64,000 bases of DNA, taken from NCBI RefSeq assembly GCF_009914755.1, contig NC_060936.1; one strand, given 5' to 3'. A program made the translations under genes and the position numbers. Source of the DNA: the human T2T-CHM13v2.0 reference genome, Homo sapiens. Shown here one piece after another: positions 36,151-55,949 of this stretch. Below the pieces are notes generated by a model. The model saw only the letters and a program-made list of their open reading frames with translations, was not told where the DNA came from and made no database searches. The first letter of the stretch is position 1; every line of letters starts with the position of its first letter.

Positions 36151-37636
36151 AGGACTTTTTATTCAAATGGATTTTTCTGTTTTCTTTAGGAATTAGGTGA
36201 TGCTCAAGAGGAGAAATCAGATGAAATAAGTTGAAAATCTAAATTGTGTGTTATTTTTTAAAAAATGCAGTTTTAATATTTTCAAGTAGATACAGAAATA
36301 CCAAATAAAAATGTTGTAAAGTATAGGTTATAAAATTTTGTTAATAAATGAAGATTGTTTACAGTTAGCAGAGTTCATTTTATTTTTACTCAGACAATTT
36401 AAAGTTCGACACTCATTTATTGAACAAATACTGTTAAATATCTACCGTGTGCCCAGTCAATCACCTTGTAGTGTGCAGAACAGATTCAACATGGACAAAC
36501 TAGGCTGGGAGGAGGCTGACGAGTTTGTCGTTTTAAGGCAGGTGAGAGATTATTATGGCCTAAACTAATTAATGTGTTAGGTGTTGGGATGGAAGAAAAC
36601 AAATAATTTTAAGAGATTTTAAAAACTCTTTTTTGATACAATATGGAATGCATGTAAGAAATAGAATAAAACAGGTGTATAGTTAAGTAAATTATAAAGT
36701 AAGCACCCTCATAACCACTACCTAGGTCTAGAAATAGAACTTTCACAGCCACCCAGAAGTCCTGTACGTGAACCAACCCAGCCAGAACTCTCCCTTCCCT
36801 CTAAAAGTAACCAGTGTTCTGGGTTTTATAGTTATCATGCCTTTGCTTATTATACTTATCACATCTGATCCTTACTATCATAGTATTGTTATCTTGTATT
36901 ATATGTTAAATTAATATCATTCCTAGGTATCATCCCTAAGAATTATGTCTTTGTTTTGTCTGTTTTTCAAAAATATGCTTTAAATCTCTTAATTACCGAT
37001 TTGCCCTTAATTCCTCCTTTTTTTTCTCGTGCAGTTGGAGCATTTCTTGGCTTATTAGCTGGAATGACAATTCCATCATCTTTGTAATATCCATGTTTAT
37101 TTCAGTGGAATGACTTCTCTCCTGGTTGTAGGTCATATTTTCCTACTTCGTGTGTATAGAATTTGTGGTATGATGGACATTTTGGACACAAGGTGATTGA
37201 GTATCTGGATTTTGGTACCTTCCTTAATGAAGGGTTGTTTTGTCTGGCAAGAGTTAATTTACTTGGGGATTAACTTGATCCTTTCAAGACTTGCTTTTAA
37301 ACTCTGTTAGGCCTGGTTTAGAATAGCCTTTTCTCTAGGCTACATCAGCTCTACTCCTAAGCTTGACCTTTTAGTGTCTCTACTAAATGCCTCTGCTGTT
37401 CTCCCCACTATTTGGAACTTGAATTTTTCCCAGCCCTATGGGGTTCAGGTAGTTGCTCAACTCATGGCTCTCTGATAGTTGCTCTTTCTCCAGTAGCTCT
37501 TGATCTTATTTTGTGGCAGCTTGCCCTATACATGCACAGCTTAGTATTTGGCCAAAGACTCAAGGGGACCCTTGTCAGGTTAGACAGTGCTGCTTTTCTG
37601 GTAAGCTCCCTTCTCTGTGTTTTGTTTTTAATTTTT

Positions 37637-37989
<353 letters not shown>

Positions 37990-38289
37990 TAAACTGTCTT
38001 TGGAGCTTTGCAAGACTGCTGTTCTTTGTTTGGGCTTTCCCTCCCTACGCCCCATACTAGACATATCTGGGCCATCACCTTGTTTATTTTCTCTCAAGGA
38101 TCATAGTCCTGTATTGCTTGTTATCCAGGGTCTGAAAACAGTTATTTCATGCATTTTGTTTAATTTTATGATAGTTTATGACAGGAAGGCCCATCTCACC
38201 TTATGGTCAAAGTGAGAAGTATAATGGTAAATTTATTGAAAGATTTAAAGCAGATTAATGCCATGATTTGTGGATATTTTATCAAGATA

Positions 38290-41040
<2,751 letters not shown>

Positions 41041-42499
41041 AGATGATTATTTGATTAAACTCTATTTTTCCTATTAAAGCTTCCATGATAAAAGGGACCA
41101 AATATGTTATTTCTCATTATTATATCTCCAAAACTTAGTTCCTGGAGTGCATAAATGGGATAAATACATAGGTCCCAGAGCCTCTGGGAGGACTAGAGAA
41201 CTGGGCTCCGAAGTTATATAGACAAGAATAATGCCTCGAATCAATCACACTTCTATATTGCTTTAGTGATGACAGTGCTGCGTGGCACAGGCATGTGAGT
41301 GTGTTACGCCGACATCACTGACACTGCTCACCACCACTGGAGCCTCTGCTGTTGGTGTGTCTGGAAGCCTGAGGTAGCTGCTGCCTCTGCCACCCACTGC
41401 TGGAATTGTCTGTAAATATTCATGTCCCGGCTTCTTCATGTCACAAGATTCTGTTTCAAAGTACATGACGAATGTGTCTGATTGAGGTGATTAGGTCATG
41501 TACCTGGGCTTTAATCACAAGAAAGGCTGGGTAACAAGTATGTGGCATTTTCAATTTCTGTTGTGGGAGGTAGACTCTGCCTTTAAATGTGGAGTTCCCA
41601 CACATGCTAAGGAATTCAGATATCACACGGCGAGGAAGAGTGATGAATGCCTGCCACGGTGCGAGATAAATAGATTTTGTGGGGTATACGTGTAAAGGTA
41701 ATAGTTGAAACCATAGGATTAGGGAAGGGCTATTTTGGATGGTTATTTGTACGGGTTGTTCACCAAACAAGAGCTTCCTGCTGATGGAGCCCGTAGGCCC
41801 TAAAATTCAGCCTGTGCTTCATGGTGATGTTGCATCTACCCAAGAAGGGTTGCTTTTTTTCTAATTCGCATAAAGTTACTCTGTGGATTAGTGAAGGCTT
41901 TGGATTCAGGCTATAGAATCCAGATGTTCCAAGGACAGGAATTTAGAAAATGTCTGCAGGTAGGAAAGGAAAAGGGTGGAGTTTAGAGCTAGGATAATTC
42001 TTTAATGGAAGCCGGTTGAAAATTTTAAAGACGTTCCTTCTTTAACTTAAATTTTTTTTTTTCTGGTACCAGCTAGAGTTTGCAAAGGAGGTGAACTGAC
42101 AATAACTATTAGGTTTAGAAACAAGGAGGTTTTTTATTTGCTATTTTAGATCGTATGGTTCAGTGGAGAGGTGAGGATAGAAACTGGCTGATCATTCATT
42201 CATCATTCATTCCTTCATCTAACAAAAGAGGAACAGATAGAGAGGAGAAGTAATTTTTAACGACTGCTTACATATCAGACAGTGCCTGAGGAATACAGAA
42301 GACAGTTTCTAAAAGAGTTCACAGTATGGTATGTTAGAGAAGAAAAACTATTGCTAATACAATGGGGTAAGTGCTCATGGAGCTATGTAAGCTGTGTAGC
42401 ATGCTGTATGAGAAATAGGAGGTGTACAAAATTCAGCACAGGAGTAGGAAGGGACTAAAATATTTCCTTTCTAGCTAATTCTTGAACGTTTGGTAGCCA

Positions 42500-43830
<1,331 letters not shown>

Positions 43831-44664
43831 AAAGCTGGAAGTAGGGAGAGAGGCAGCAGAAAGCATTCATCTCTGTATTCCCTGGATTCCCAAGAGCCTG
43901 TCCCCAGGGTACTTGGAAGTACTGACTTATTTAGAGACATTCACAGAGTCTGACAAGAAAATCACTGAAGTGGTTTGGTAACCTGGAAGGCTCTGATATC
44001 CCTTCCTTCCTTTTCTATCCTGAACTCAGTAAAATTTGGGTAAAAAAAAAAAAAAAAGCTATGTTTTTCTGACATTTTCTGAACCTGAACTACTTAGGAA
44101 ACTTGTTCAACAGTGTCATGTTTTTCTTCCTAACTGTAGCACCACTAGAGAGCGAGCTTCATCGTAGGTAACCAGGTGGTGGTTATTCTGGGGGTGGATG
44201 CCGTGGAAAGGATGTTGTCAACACAGATTGCTTTCCACAGCTGCAGTCAGCAATGCAGACTGATTGTGATGGTATTTATTTCTCCTTTTAAAAGGGAGCA
44301 TTTCTAATCCCCATTTTGGATCATTTGGAATTCTGATTATATTTCCCGGAGTTATGTGGAAGATTGACACACAACCTGAGGATGTGAAATCGTAGTTTCA
44401 GCTGTTATGGTAGCTCGTGTCTGTGTGACTGATTTTAAATAACTAGGTGTTCAGAGATAGGGATCCTCCTATGCCTGCATGGTTGAGTGAGCCTGAATGC
44501 AGTCTGTGGATTCCCTGATTCACAGGGAAAGGTTGGTAACACAGAAGGGGTCATTGTCTCATAAGGCTGTAGTGATCTTTTGCATACATCGGCTCTCACT
44601 CCTCTTTGAAAAAAATGAGGGTGAACAGGAGAGCACTGAATCTCTTTCTGCCTCTTTTCTACAG

Positions 44665-44739
44665 GAGATGCATCGAAGGTTTGAGAATGCTCCTGATTCT
44701 GCCAAAACAAAAGCTCTGCAAACTGTTATTGAGATGAAG
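44665..44739 (+). CDS. ERC1: ERC1 coding exon (75 nt, EMHRRFENAPDSAKTKALQTVIEMK)
   Basis: Acceptor ctttctgcctcttttctacAG|GAG; donor AAG|gtaagt; continues the previous exon in frame. Confidence 0.97.
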
Positions 44740-44969
44740 GTAAGTGAGAATCTAGTAAAGAATCTTATGAATTACCTTATACTTTTAAGTGATCAAAAAC
44801 TTCCATGTGTGAGTGTTAGGAAATGGCATGTAATAGTATTTCACTTATTTGGAGATTAAGAGTGAGAATCAATGAAAATGACATCTTAAAAGAATTTCAG
44901 TTTTATTTCCTTTTACTTGTAGACCATAATTCAAATTGGACCAAAAAGAGTTGAACAGAATTTCTTTAA

Positions 44970-45912
<943 letters not shown>

Positions 45913-45944
45913 CCTTAAGTTAATGAATATTTAGAAATCTTTAG

Positions 45945-46200
45945 GCTGTTCAGTATAGTGATTAAGAGCTTGCTTTCTAAGTTAAACTCCCTGGATTCAA
46001 AATCTCGCTTCACTTAACCAACTGTAAGATATGGAGCAAATTACCTATGCCTCAGTTTCTTTATCAACAAATGGTGATAGTAATAGTACTCATCCAGTGG
46101 GTCGTTTTGAGGTTTAAATTAGTTAAAACATGTAAAAACACTTTGAACAGGACCTAGCGCATAGTAAACATTCAATCCATACTAGCTGTTGCAGCTGTTA
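45945..46200 (+). mobile_element. MIR
   Basis: tagtgattaagagc...ggattcaaaatc...tgcctcagtttctt...catagtaaacattcaat. Confidence 0.75.
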
Positions 46201-49200
46201 TTTTTGTTCACAATCTGTTCTTTCTCATAAAAGTTCATGTAGTTAGGGACCTCCCCCCACAACTACTTCTTCATATCCTCTAGAAAGCTCAATACTGTGT
46301 TTTGCATTGTGGGCCTTCATTTAATATTTGTTGATATGACAAGAATATTTAGTCAATGGTATATAAATAATTTTATGTAAATAGATACTTCTGAAGTAGT
46401 TATGGGAACTGTTGTCTTAATTTGGATGATTTCCTCTTAAAACTTTATATCGTATACATCTTTATTCTCGGTGGGGAAAGGATTTACCAAACAAATTCCG
46501 AATTAGTGGATTCTGGGTTCTTTGTAGTTAATTGGTAGTCTTGAGTATAATCTTGTAAAGGGCCTTTAGAATCGTTCAGTTGCATGGTTTTACCCTTTCC
46601 ACATTCACCACAAGTTTGTTGTGTTATTTCCTGATCCCTTGTTAACACCTAAGAATAAAACACATGAATGTACCTATGTCCACAAAATGATTTGTTTAAC
46701 TGCCTTTTGACAGAATGAGGACGAGTAATAGTATTACTTGGTGGCAATGGATGCATTTTAAGTTGTGTGAACCTTCAGCCATTCTGCTAAGAAGGAGAAA
46801 GATTCTGGTGGCCCAGTGGGGTCAAGAGGATGTGATGCTGAAATCACAACAGAAATAGCTGTGTTGCTGAGAATGTGGAATGAGCTTCAGAGAATTATGA
46901 AAATCTAGTGTAGTCTTTAGGGAAAATAGGGAAGAAAGGTGATTGAAGTAAAAGAGCCCAGTAATCTTGAAGGTGATGCAATTTTCTTTGCCCTCTCCTC
47001 TTTCGCCTCTTCTTCCTCTCTTTCCTCTTCTTATCCCTTCTCCCACCATTTTCCCTCATTCCAGCCTTTCCTTCTTTGTTCCTCTTCTTCTCTTTCTCTT
47101 CCTCCCCTTTCTCTACTATTTTTTTGTTTGTTTGTTTGTTTGTTTTTCCTTTACCAGTGGAGGAACAGGGAAGAATGACTGTACTGCTCTAGGGTTAGAG
47201 TTTTGCTGGGATAGATAAAGCAGAGCGAGTGATTGGGATGCAAATGAATTGAGGGTGATGATGACAGAGTAGTTTGGACGTTGGTCCTGGACTGTACCCT
47301 GGATCTGGAAAGAGTAAAATTCAGGTGGACTGACAGGTTGGGAGAAAATGTAAAAGTTAGGAAAGTGGAATTCTCTGTGAGGTTGAACAGGAAATAATCA
47401 GAGTGAGGGTATGACAGGCCAGGGGAAGAGAGTTCTGGATGATGATAGGATCCATCAGTCCTATAAACTGGATCACCCAAATGGACTGGAGGATGAGATC
47501 ATTGCAATTAAGGGCGTCAAAGAATTCTGACATTGCAATCCTCGGATTATGGCAAGAGTGGTGATTGAAGGGGATATTGTAAGCCAGGTGCCAAAGACTT
47601 CCAAAAATGGGCAGGAGTGATGGAGAAGTCCCTGGATGGCAGCAATGGGGAGGGTAGGGTGAAAAGGAGTATGAGCTTTCCATAAAGGGAAACAGCCTTG
47701 AAGAACTGGGAGAATGTCAACCCTTTCCCCTGCTCCTTTGTGGTGTTGGGGTGTTATTGACCTTCACTGGAGAGAGTTCATGGGAAAAAGGTTGAGAATT
47801 TGGGGAATTTGACAAAGAGCAGAGGATTTCAGTAAGTCCAGTGGGATTGGTTGGTTAATGATGGAAGGGCTGGGGCTGGGGAAGTACAGAGTAGTAAAGT
47901 GAAAAGGAATTTTTTTATTTAAATATTACACATTCTAGGAATAAGAAACCTGGTTGGAATGACTTTCCTTAAACCCAGCATTGGTACCCGTTGGGTTGGT
48001 GCTAGAACTAGTTGAGAGTATCAGGCCTTAATTTTCTGGCCTGATTTCCTTGGTAGGTTCTTCTTCTGGTCAGTCAGTACCTGCCTCCTGGTTTTCAGAG
48101 CTGGAGTCATGATCCCTTTTTGGGAAGAAGGTTTTATGGCTCATGATTTGGTAGTGAGGGTGCTAATTTGTCAAAAGCTGCCTTTGTCTGTGTTTAGGGT
48201 AGGGGAGAAGTTAGATTATATTTTTAAGGGCCTTGTAGAGACTTTCTAGAGGCTCTGTACAGGTTCCGGCTGCCATGTGATGTACAGAGTTGGAGTTCTT
48301 ACCTGGGACTAAATTGTCTTGAGTGGAGCCCCAGTGCTGCTGGAGATACACTTCCCTCTTTCAGCTGGTCCAGTTTCATTACCACTCAGGCTGATGACAG
48401 AGGAGAACTTACCTTTAACTTTCACTTTCTTTCATTTGTAGGCTAGTCATATGCTTATGCCTAGTATTTTAGTCTTTTTTAAGGTGCTGTGTTCTGATAT
48501 TTCCAGAGAAATTTTATAGCAATCTTAAAAGTGAATTTTCAGGTAGTGCAATTGAAGTAGTACTTTTTATGGGTCAGTCATTCCACATGAGTAAATAAAA
48601 ATCCTGGTTTAGGTATAGAATGACTCTGATTGTATTAATTCAGTACAATGGATTTTGAACAGGTACATTTTAAGTTTAATTTGAATGAATTTATAAAAGA
48701 CAGTTTTCATTGTGATATTTTTAAAGGTCACGTGATGAGCAAGACAGAGGAATACATCCTCTCCTCCCCTCCCTTGAACCTGAAAATAGCTAGGTGTAGT
48801 TTTCTCGATATAAAGCCTTAATCTCTCTCATCTTTATGCTCTGAGAATAAAGGAGACTTAATCAAGAAATTATTGAGGTAAAGTAGAAAAGGAGTTAATT
48901 TCAAAATAGCTTCCAAAGGAATGGTTTATCTAAAACTCCAAGTGAAATAAAGCTAAGCTATACTTAATTTAGCTCTTTAAGGTCTCTATTTCTTTGGTGA
49001 GTAAGCACCTGCAGCTACAGATACATAAAACTATTCATTCCATGTAGGAGTCTTTCTGTAATTCATGACATGTAAAGTAGCCTGGGGAGAAACTAGGTAC
49101 TGCGACAAACAAAATCAAGAGATCGAATATGAAATAATGTTCTGTTGGAAGGTGATATTTGTGGTAGAGATGATGGTTTATAAGGACAGTGATTTTTAAA

Positions 49201-49678
49201 AATTAAGAATTATTTTAAATGTATGAAGTACAGACAATAAGGATTGCTAACATGATAAATAACTTAATTATTCCCCCATTTTTCTGCAGTGGGATGTTAT
49301 GTAATTTTTATTATTGCACATATAGCTGTACACGTTACTGTATAAATCTTTGAAACCCTCTTACTTTTTTCCCCTCCTTTGGGGCATAATATGTTTTTTA
49401 GGGGTCACCAAGTAAAATGATAAAATACTAGAACTAGAAAAGGCTTTACTATTAATATTGGAAATTTTTTTCACCAGAAATTTGTAATTTCTGATGCAAA
49501 GAAATTTTAACCAGTTTTTCATTGCATTTACTTCTTCAGTAATTTAGTAATTATTTTCAACTTTAATTTAAAGGGTGCAGAGCTGGAGGCAGCCATAGAA
49601 GAAAAATCATACTGTGGATATGAGTGCTTCTCCTCCCACTCAAATGGCTGTAAAGGACGTATTTTAGAAGGAAGGCAC

Positions 49679-49960
49679 TGGCTGGGCATGGTGGCTCACG
49701 CCCATAAGCCCACCACTTTTGGAGGCCAAGACAGGTGTATCACGTGAGGTCAGGAGTTCGAGACCAGCCTGGCCAACATGGCAAAACCCTGTCTCTACTA
49801 AAAATACAAAAATTAGCTGGGCATGGTAGCGTACACTTGTAATCCCAGCTACTTGGGAGGCTGAGGCAGGAGAACTGCTTGAACCCAGAGGCAGAGGTTG
49901 CAGTGAGCTAAGATTGCGTCACTGCACTAGAGCCTGGGCGACAGACTCTGTCTCAAAAAA
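49679..49960 (+). mobile_element. AluS, sense, ~150 nt upstream of an exon
   Basis: Full-length, short tail. Confidence 0.9.
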
Positions 49961-50105
49961 AGGAAGCAAGGCACCAATTGCCAGACAGCATTTTTTCTGT
50001 ATATTTGTCTATCTTTATTAAATGTAACTTCTTTAAATATCATGTTATTCAGCTTTTCTGGGTTTTTGTGAATACTTCAATCACTAAATCTTCCATTGTC
50101 TTCAG

Positions 50106-50261
50106 GATTCAAAAATTTCCTCTATGGAGCGTGGGCTTCGAGACCTGGAAGAGGAAATTCAGATGCTGAAATCGAATGGTGCTTTGAGTACTGAGGAAAG
50201 GGAAGAAGAAATGAAGCAAATGGAAGTGTATCGGAGCCATTCTAAATTTATGAAAAATAAG
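50106..50261 (+). CDS. ERC1: ERC1 coding exon (156 nt, DSKISSMERGLRDLEEEIQMLKSNG...SKFMKNK)
   Basis: Acceptor cttccattgtcttcAG|GAT; donor AAG|gtaatg; open frame matching ELKS. Not captured in the ORF track. Confidence 0.96.
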
Positions 50262-50634
50262 GTAATGGCATGTGAGACTTTTGATTCTTAAAAGGAGTTT
50301 GAAAAATTGATGCATATTTTTTACTTCTCTAGTGATGATAAAGCCGTATTTTACACTCTTTTATCAGGTTTCAGGGAAGAATACTTTTAGCATAGTTCTT
50401 TCAAATGAAACTTCTCCAGAATTAAAGTCAGAATTACTGACATAGATAGTTACTACAAGTTTTTACTTATAAAGACAATTCTCTGTATGAGGCTACATAT
50501 GTATTGTCATGGTTTAAGTTTTCATATCTATTAGTACTTCCGAAAAACTTCCAGATGAGTTTTTCTCACTATATGAAACATCAGGTTCTTTACCTCTTGT
50601 GAATTATTTAAAAAGTCAAAACCCTAAGAGGCTT

Positions 50635-50918
<284 letters not shown>

Positions 50919-51519
50919 TAAGAGGCTTTTTAATGAAATGGGTGAAATGAAGTTACGTTTCCCCTCCAAATACAGTTCTGTAACGGAAAGCCCTTTCTTT
51001 GCCCTATCCTGTGGGGAAGATCCACTTGCTGTCAGGTTTATTGCTTCCCATGTGCACTTCAGGCGTAATATGACAAAGATTGATACCACCAAGACCTATC
51101 AGTCTGTGTTTATCATCAGTCACAATGTTCCTTCCTTGTATCCAAAGTCATTTAGTTTGATTCTGTAAACTATTTAGGCAAGTTGGAGGATTTAGTTTAT
51201 CACAATTATCAATTTACCAGTTTTGTTGTGGTTTCATTAAACATTATGATTGTAATTATAAAGTTTAAGCCAGAAAATAAGTGTTTTCCCCCTTTATTTC
51301 CCAGTTGTATTCTCCAGGTTCTTAGAAATGAAACCCGCAACATCCCAGTAGTGTGAAGGAATGATAACATCACTTCCCCTCCAGTTTCTGGCTTCTTGCC
51401 ATGGTGCCCATACCTGGCATATAAGTCTACAGAATATTCCTCTGCTACCTCCAGACTCTATTATTAATTATTTCTACTACTTTCATTTCAGTTTTAGAAA
51501 TTAAAAACTCACATACCCA

Positions 51520-51825
51520 ACTTTTTTTTTTTTTCTTTTTCTTTTTTTTTGAGTCGGAGGTATGCTTTGTCGACCAGGCTGGAGTGCAGTGGCGTGATCT
51601 CGGTTCACTGCAGCCTCCGTCTCCAGGGTTCAAGCTTCAGTCTGCTGAGTAGCTGGGATTACAGGCGCCCACCACCATGCCCAGTTAATTTTTGTAGTTT
51701 TAGTAGAGACGGGTTTCACTATGATGGCCAGGCAGGTCTCGAACTCCTGACCTCAAGTGATCCTCCTGCCTTGGCCTCCCACGGTGCTGGGATATAATCA
51801 TAGGTGTGAGCTGCTGCGCCTGGCC
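51520..51825 (-). mobile_element. AluS
   Basis: TSD ctcacata(c/a)ccaactttt. Confidence 0.88.
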
Positions 51826-52130
51826 TCACATAACCAACTTTCTATTAGTTTGGATTTTTCACCCTGATTTGAGAACAAGACATAGTGCCGTATGATCTCT
51901 GTGTTTATGTTTTTCATTTGTTGATTAGCACATTCCAGTCCACTGTGGGGGGAAAAAACCTGTGAACTTAGAGAAACTACCTATGGCTCTTTGAAGAGGG
52001 AATGAGGGGAACAGATTTGATTGTATTATATAAGTTATTGTTATTTCTAGTTACCATTCTGCCTCAAAAGTAGACAAGAAGAAGACCTAAGTTGACACAT
52101 AAGTGAAAAAGAATAATAATGTCGTGACAG

Positions 52131-52214
52131 GTAGAACAACTGAAGGAGGAACTAAGTTCGAAAGAGGCTCAATGGGAGGAGCTGAAAAAGAAAGCGGCTG
52201 GTCTTCAGGCTGAG
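52131..52214 (+). CDS. ERC1: ERC1 cassette-type coding exon (84 nt, VEQLKEELSSKEAQWEELKKKAAGLQAE); possible alternative end at 52223
   Basis: gacAG|GTA GAA CAA ... GCT GAG|gtcttt; the peptide matches the ELKS segment between ...KFMKNK and IGQVKQ.... Both splice sites are atypical. Confidence 0.9.
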
Positions 52215-52825
52215 GTCTTTGCCGTAAGATTTACCTCTTTGTGTGCAGTGGTCCCACAGTGGGACCCTGCTAGCTCTATGGCTTCTGGGTGGCTTACCCT
52301 TTCATTCTCTATGGTTGGCAGCTTTGCCCATTACTAGCACTAACCAGCCTGCTCTGCTCTTTAACTGACTCCTGTTCACTAGTTTGACCCACATGTCACT
52401 TTGTGTGCAGTGAGCCTTCACGTGTTCTGGAAGCCTTGTACCTGGTACTTTATTGTTGCTTTTGTCACTCTGTGGATGGTATTTCAAAGCCTGTTTCTTT
52501 CTCAACCCTTTATTGTTGGTTTATATGAATGGCGGCCTTCTTTTCTTCCTAGGTACAAGAATATATGCAGTTGTTCTAGGCCTATCACCTAGAGTTTATT
52601 TGAATTTGAAACTCTTGAGCAAAGTGCTTTACCTTATGTAGACATTATCTTTAAGTCTCCAGTGAGTGATTTTGCCACAAATGTTACTTTCTTTAGGACA
52701 GATGTATAGAAAGTATTTATCTAGTAAATTGAAATTACTAAGAGACTTATTTCAGGTATCTAAATCTAGTTCAATATTCTAATGAACTTAAAATTTCAAT
52801 TCAGAACATAATAATAAAATAAATA

Positions 52826-53178
52826 CAGTTGGCCCTCCATATCTGTGGATTTGCATCTGTGTGTTTAACCAACTGTTTTTTATTTTCAGGGTAAAAAAAT
52901 GGATGTTGTGTCTGTGCTGAACATGTACAGGCTTTTTTCCCATGTCATTATTCCCTAAGCAATACAGTATGACAACTATTTACATTGTAAATATTTACAT
53001 TGTATTACGTATTACAAGTAATCTAGAGATGATTTAAACTATACTGGAGGATGTGCATAGGTTATATGCAAATTCTACATCATTTTATATCAGGGACTTC
53101 AGCCTTCATTAATTTTGGTATCCAAGGTGTGTCTTGGAACCAGTCCCCCATGGACCCATGGATACCGAGGGATGGCTG
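52826..53178. mobile_element. MER2 DNA transposon
   Basis: cagttggccctccatatctgtgg...ccatggataccgagggatggctg inverted termini; internal gtaatctagagatgatttaaa. Confidence 0.85.
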
Positions 53179-53924
53179 AATAATAAAGTAGCTAACACTT
53201 GCACACTTACTGTAAACATTTTATAACGTGCTGAGTTAGACATATTATCAACTCCAAATTATAGACGAGGAAACTGAGGTAACAGAATGGTGCCTAGGAA
53301 AACACAGCTAGTAAGAGGCAGGATTTGGTTTTATACAGGCAGTCTTCTTCCACATACTGCTTACAAGTTCTTTACTGACCTATACTAGGCTGTGCACACA
53401 TTTGTCAAAGTGTCAGCAAAAACTGCTTCTGAAAATAATTGTGGCTAAGACTGGAATAAAAAAATACAGCATTTAAAAAACCAAACTTGGGCTACTTTTG
53501 TAGATTTGCTATTTATGGTCCACTTTATAGTATATATTAAAAAGGGAAATATTTTGGTGGAAAGGGTCTAATTTGGTTTATGGAAACCATATATTGGCTA
53601 GAGGGAAGGTTGATCAATAACTTCCTTTTTAAAATAGCTACTATTAGTAATTTCTGCATTGAGTCAGACAACAGGCTAAGCACATTTCATGCTTTATTTT
53701 ACTGAATCCATAAACAGTACAGTGGCATTCGTATAATTTCTCCTTATTACTAATTAGGAAACTGATTAGGAAAGTAATTATTCAGGGACACATAGCTAGC
53801 TTAGTTCTGATAGGTGAATGTCTGCAAAGCCTTGTGCTCCTAAGCTTTGTATTATATTTGCTTCCCCTTTATAATGTCTTCCCTTCTCAGTCTTTAAGGA
53901 AAATTTGTGCTTCTAAACTCTGCT

Positions 53925-54236
<312 letters not shown>

Positions 54237-55781
54237 TAAACCCTGCTTTTCATTTAAAATATTTTCTTTTCTTTCTTAGTCTTTAAGGTCAATATAGCAT
54301 TATTTGAAGCTTACTTAATAATGCAGATGATGACGAAACAGATTTTTATATTTATTTTTGACCACGTGATTGGAGGTAGCTGGAAATTTGAATAATCTTA
54401 GTCATAGTTCTTTAGCTGAGAAAATGGTAACACTTTGAACATCCCCCAAAATATTCATTCATACAACAAATGTGTTTTTGTTACAATCAGTGTGTTAGGG
54501 AATGGAATAGTGTTAATGGGTTGTTTTTATTGGTGAAGGGATATCATAAAAGACTCCACGTTGTTACAGTGTGTGCTAACTCTTGGGTACATACTATTTT
54601 GCAGGATGAATATAGCCACCGTTTAAAATTATCTTCCACTGATGTTTTTAGTATCCTCAGGTACTTTGTATACAATAAGCATACAGAAATATTTGTTGAA
54701 TGAATGAATAACTATATCTCTAAAAAGAGATTTTATGCATATGAGAAAAATACTTAATCTTTTTTGAAACAGAAGGCTAAATTGGAAATTTATTTTTGGT
54801 GTTCCTCAAAGGTCTAATTTTAATTAATGTGAAATTTATTTCTTCATGGGAAATTGTTCTCAAAAGCTTTATCCCTTATACCTAAGATTATTACAATTAC
54901 AATACTTTAGATACATTCAAGTTTTTGAAAATGAAAAGATAACTTTTTGTTTCATCAGTGACACCGAAATTACTGACTTGTCAAATGTATACTTCCAATA
55001 ATTAGTATCTTTTTTAGTTCCTTGTTAGGTGGTAGACATAATTTAAAAGGAGATGTAATTTCTGTTTACATGGCTTCCATTTAGGGTAAAAAACTATTTT
55101 TAAAATTCTTAGAAAACAGGAATGTAAAGAAGGTGTTAGAAAGAAAATACTTTCAATGTTAAGAGAGAAATTAATCAATACACATAACATCAAATTATAG
55201 GATTTTACAAAACCATGTTATGTATAACATTAAAAGTGGCTTTTTAAGATAAGAATTTTATGCAAACTTTTGAGAATGAAAAAGATAACAGTGAAAAATT
55301 AGCACAACAGCAGCAGATTTTGAATTTTAAATAGTACTAGGAGGTTTCTAAAACCTTTTTTGTTATATCTGCACTCATCCTGCATTTGATCCATCATGTT
55401 CTGAAGAGGTCTCACCTAGAAAAATGAAAACCATTTCATCAGTACAGTGGTGTTCAGTTGCTTACTGCTGTCTCATAGTCATCTAATTGAATTGGAATTT
55501 CCTTTCCCTCCATTCCCTTTCTAAGAGGTTTCAAAGAATATTTAGAAGACACAATAAATGAAAACTGGACATTTCCCTATTGGTTGAATAAGTTTAGTGG
55601 TTTTTTTTGGCTCAGGGTTGGGGAGATCCAAGGTTATGTCATGCAAAAAGATGAATATGACCTATCACACAGTTCGTGCTGCATTTAGTTTCATATTTTG
55701 TGACTCAGATCTGTGAAAGATACAGATAAGAGGTGTTTGTTTTATTTCTTTTTTCCTTAAAGTGTTTTACTTCTTTTCTAG

Positions 55782-55949
55782 ATTGGCCAGGTGAAACAGG
55801 AGCTGTCCAGAAAGGACACAGAACTACTCGCCCTGCAGACAAAGCTAGAAACACTCACAAACCAGTTCTCAGATAGTAAACAGCACATTGAAGTGTTGAA
55901 GGAGTCCTTGACTGCTAAGGAGCAGAGGGCTGCCATCCTGCAGACTGAG
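55782..55949 (+). CDS. ERC1: ERC1 coding exon (168 nt, IGQVKQELSRKDTELLALQTKLE...AAILQTE)
   Basis: Acceptor ttttacttcttttctAG|ATT; donor GAG|gtagaa; ORF 55791..56003 overlaps. Confidence 0.97.

Noticed and set aside
41170-41900. Possible old MLT1 LTR and MER91-like fragments
   Set aside because: Too diverged to assign by eye; needs RepeatMasker/Dfam.
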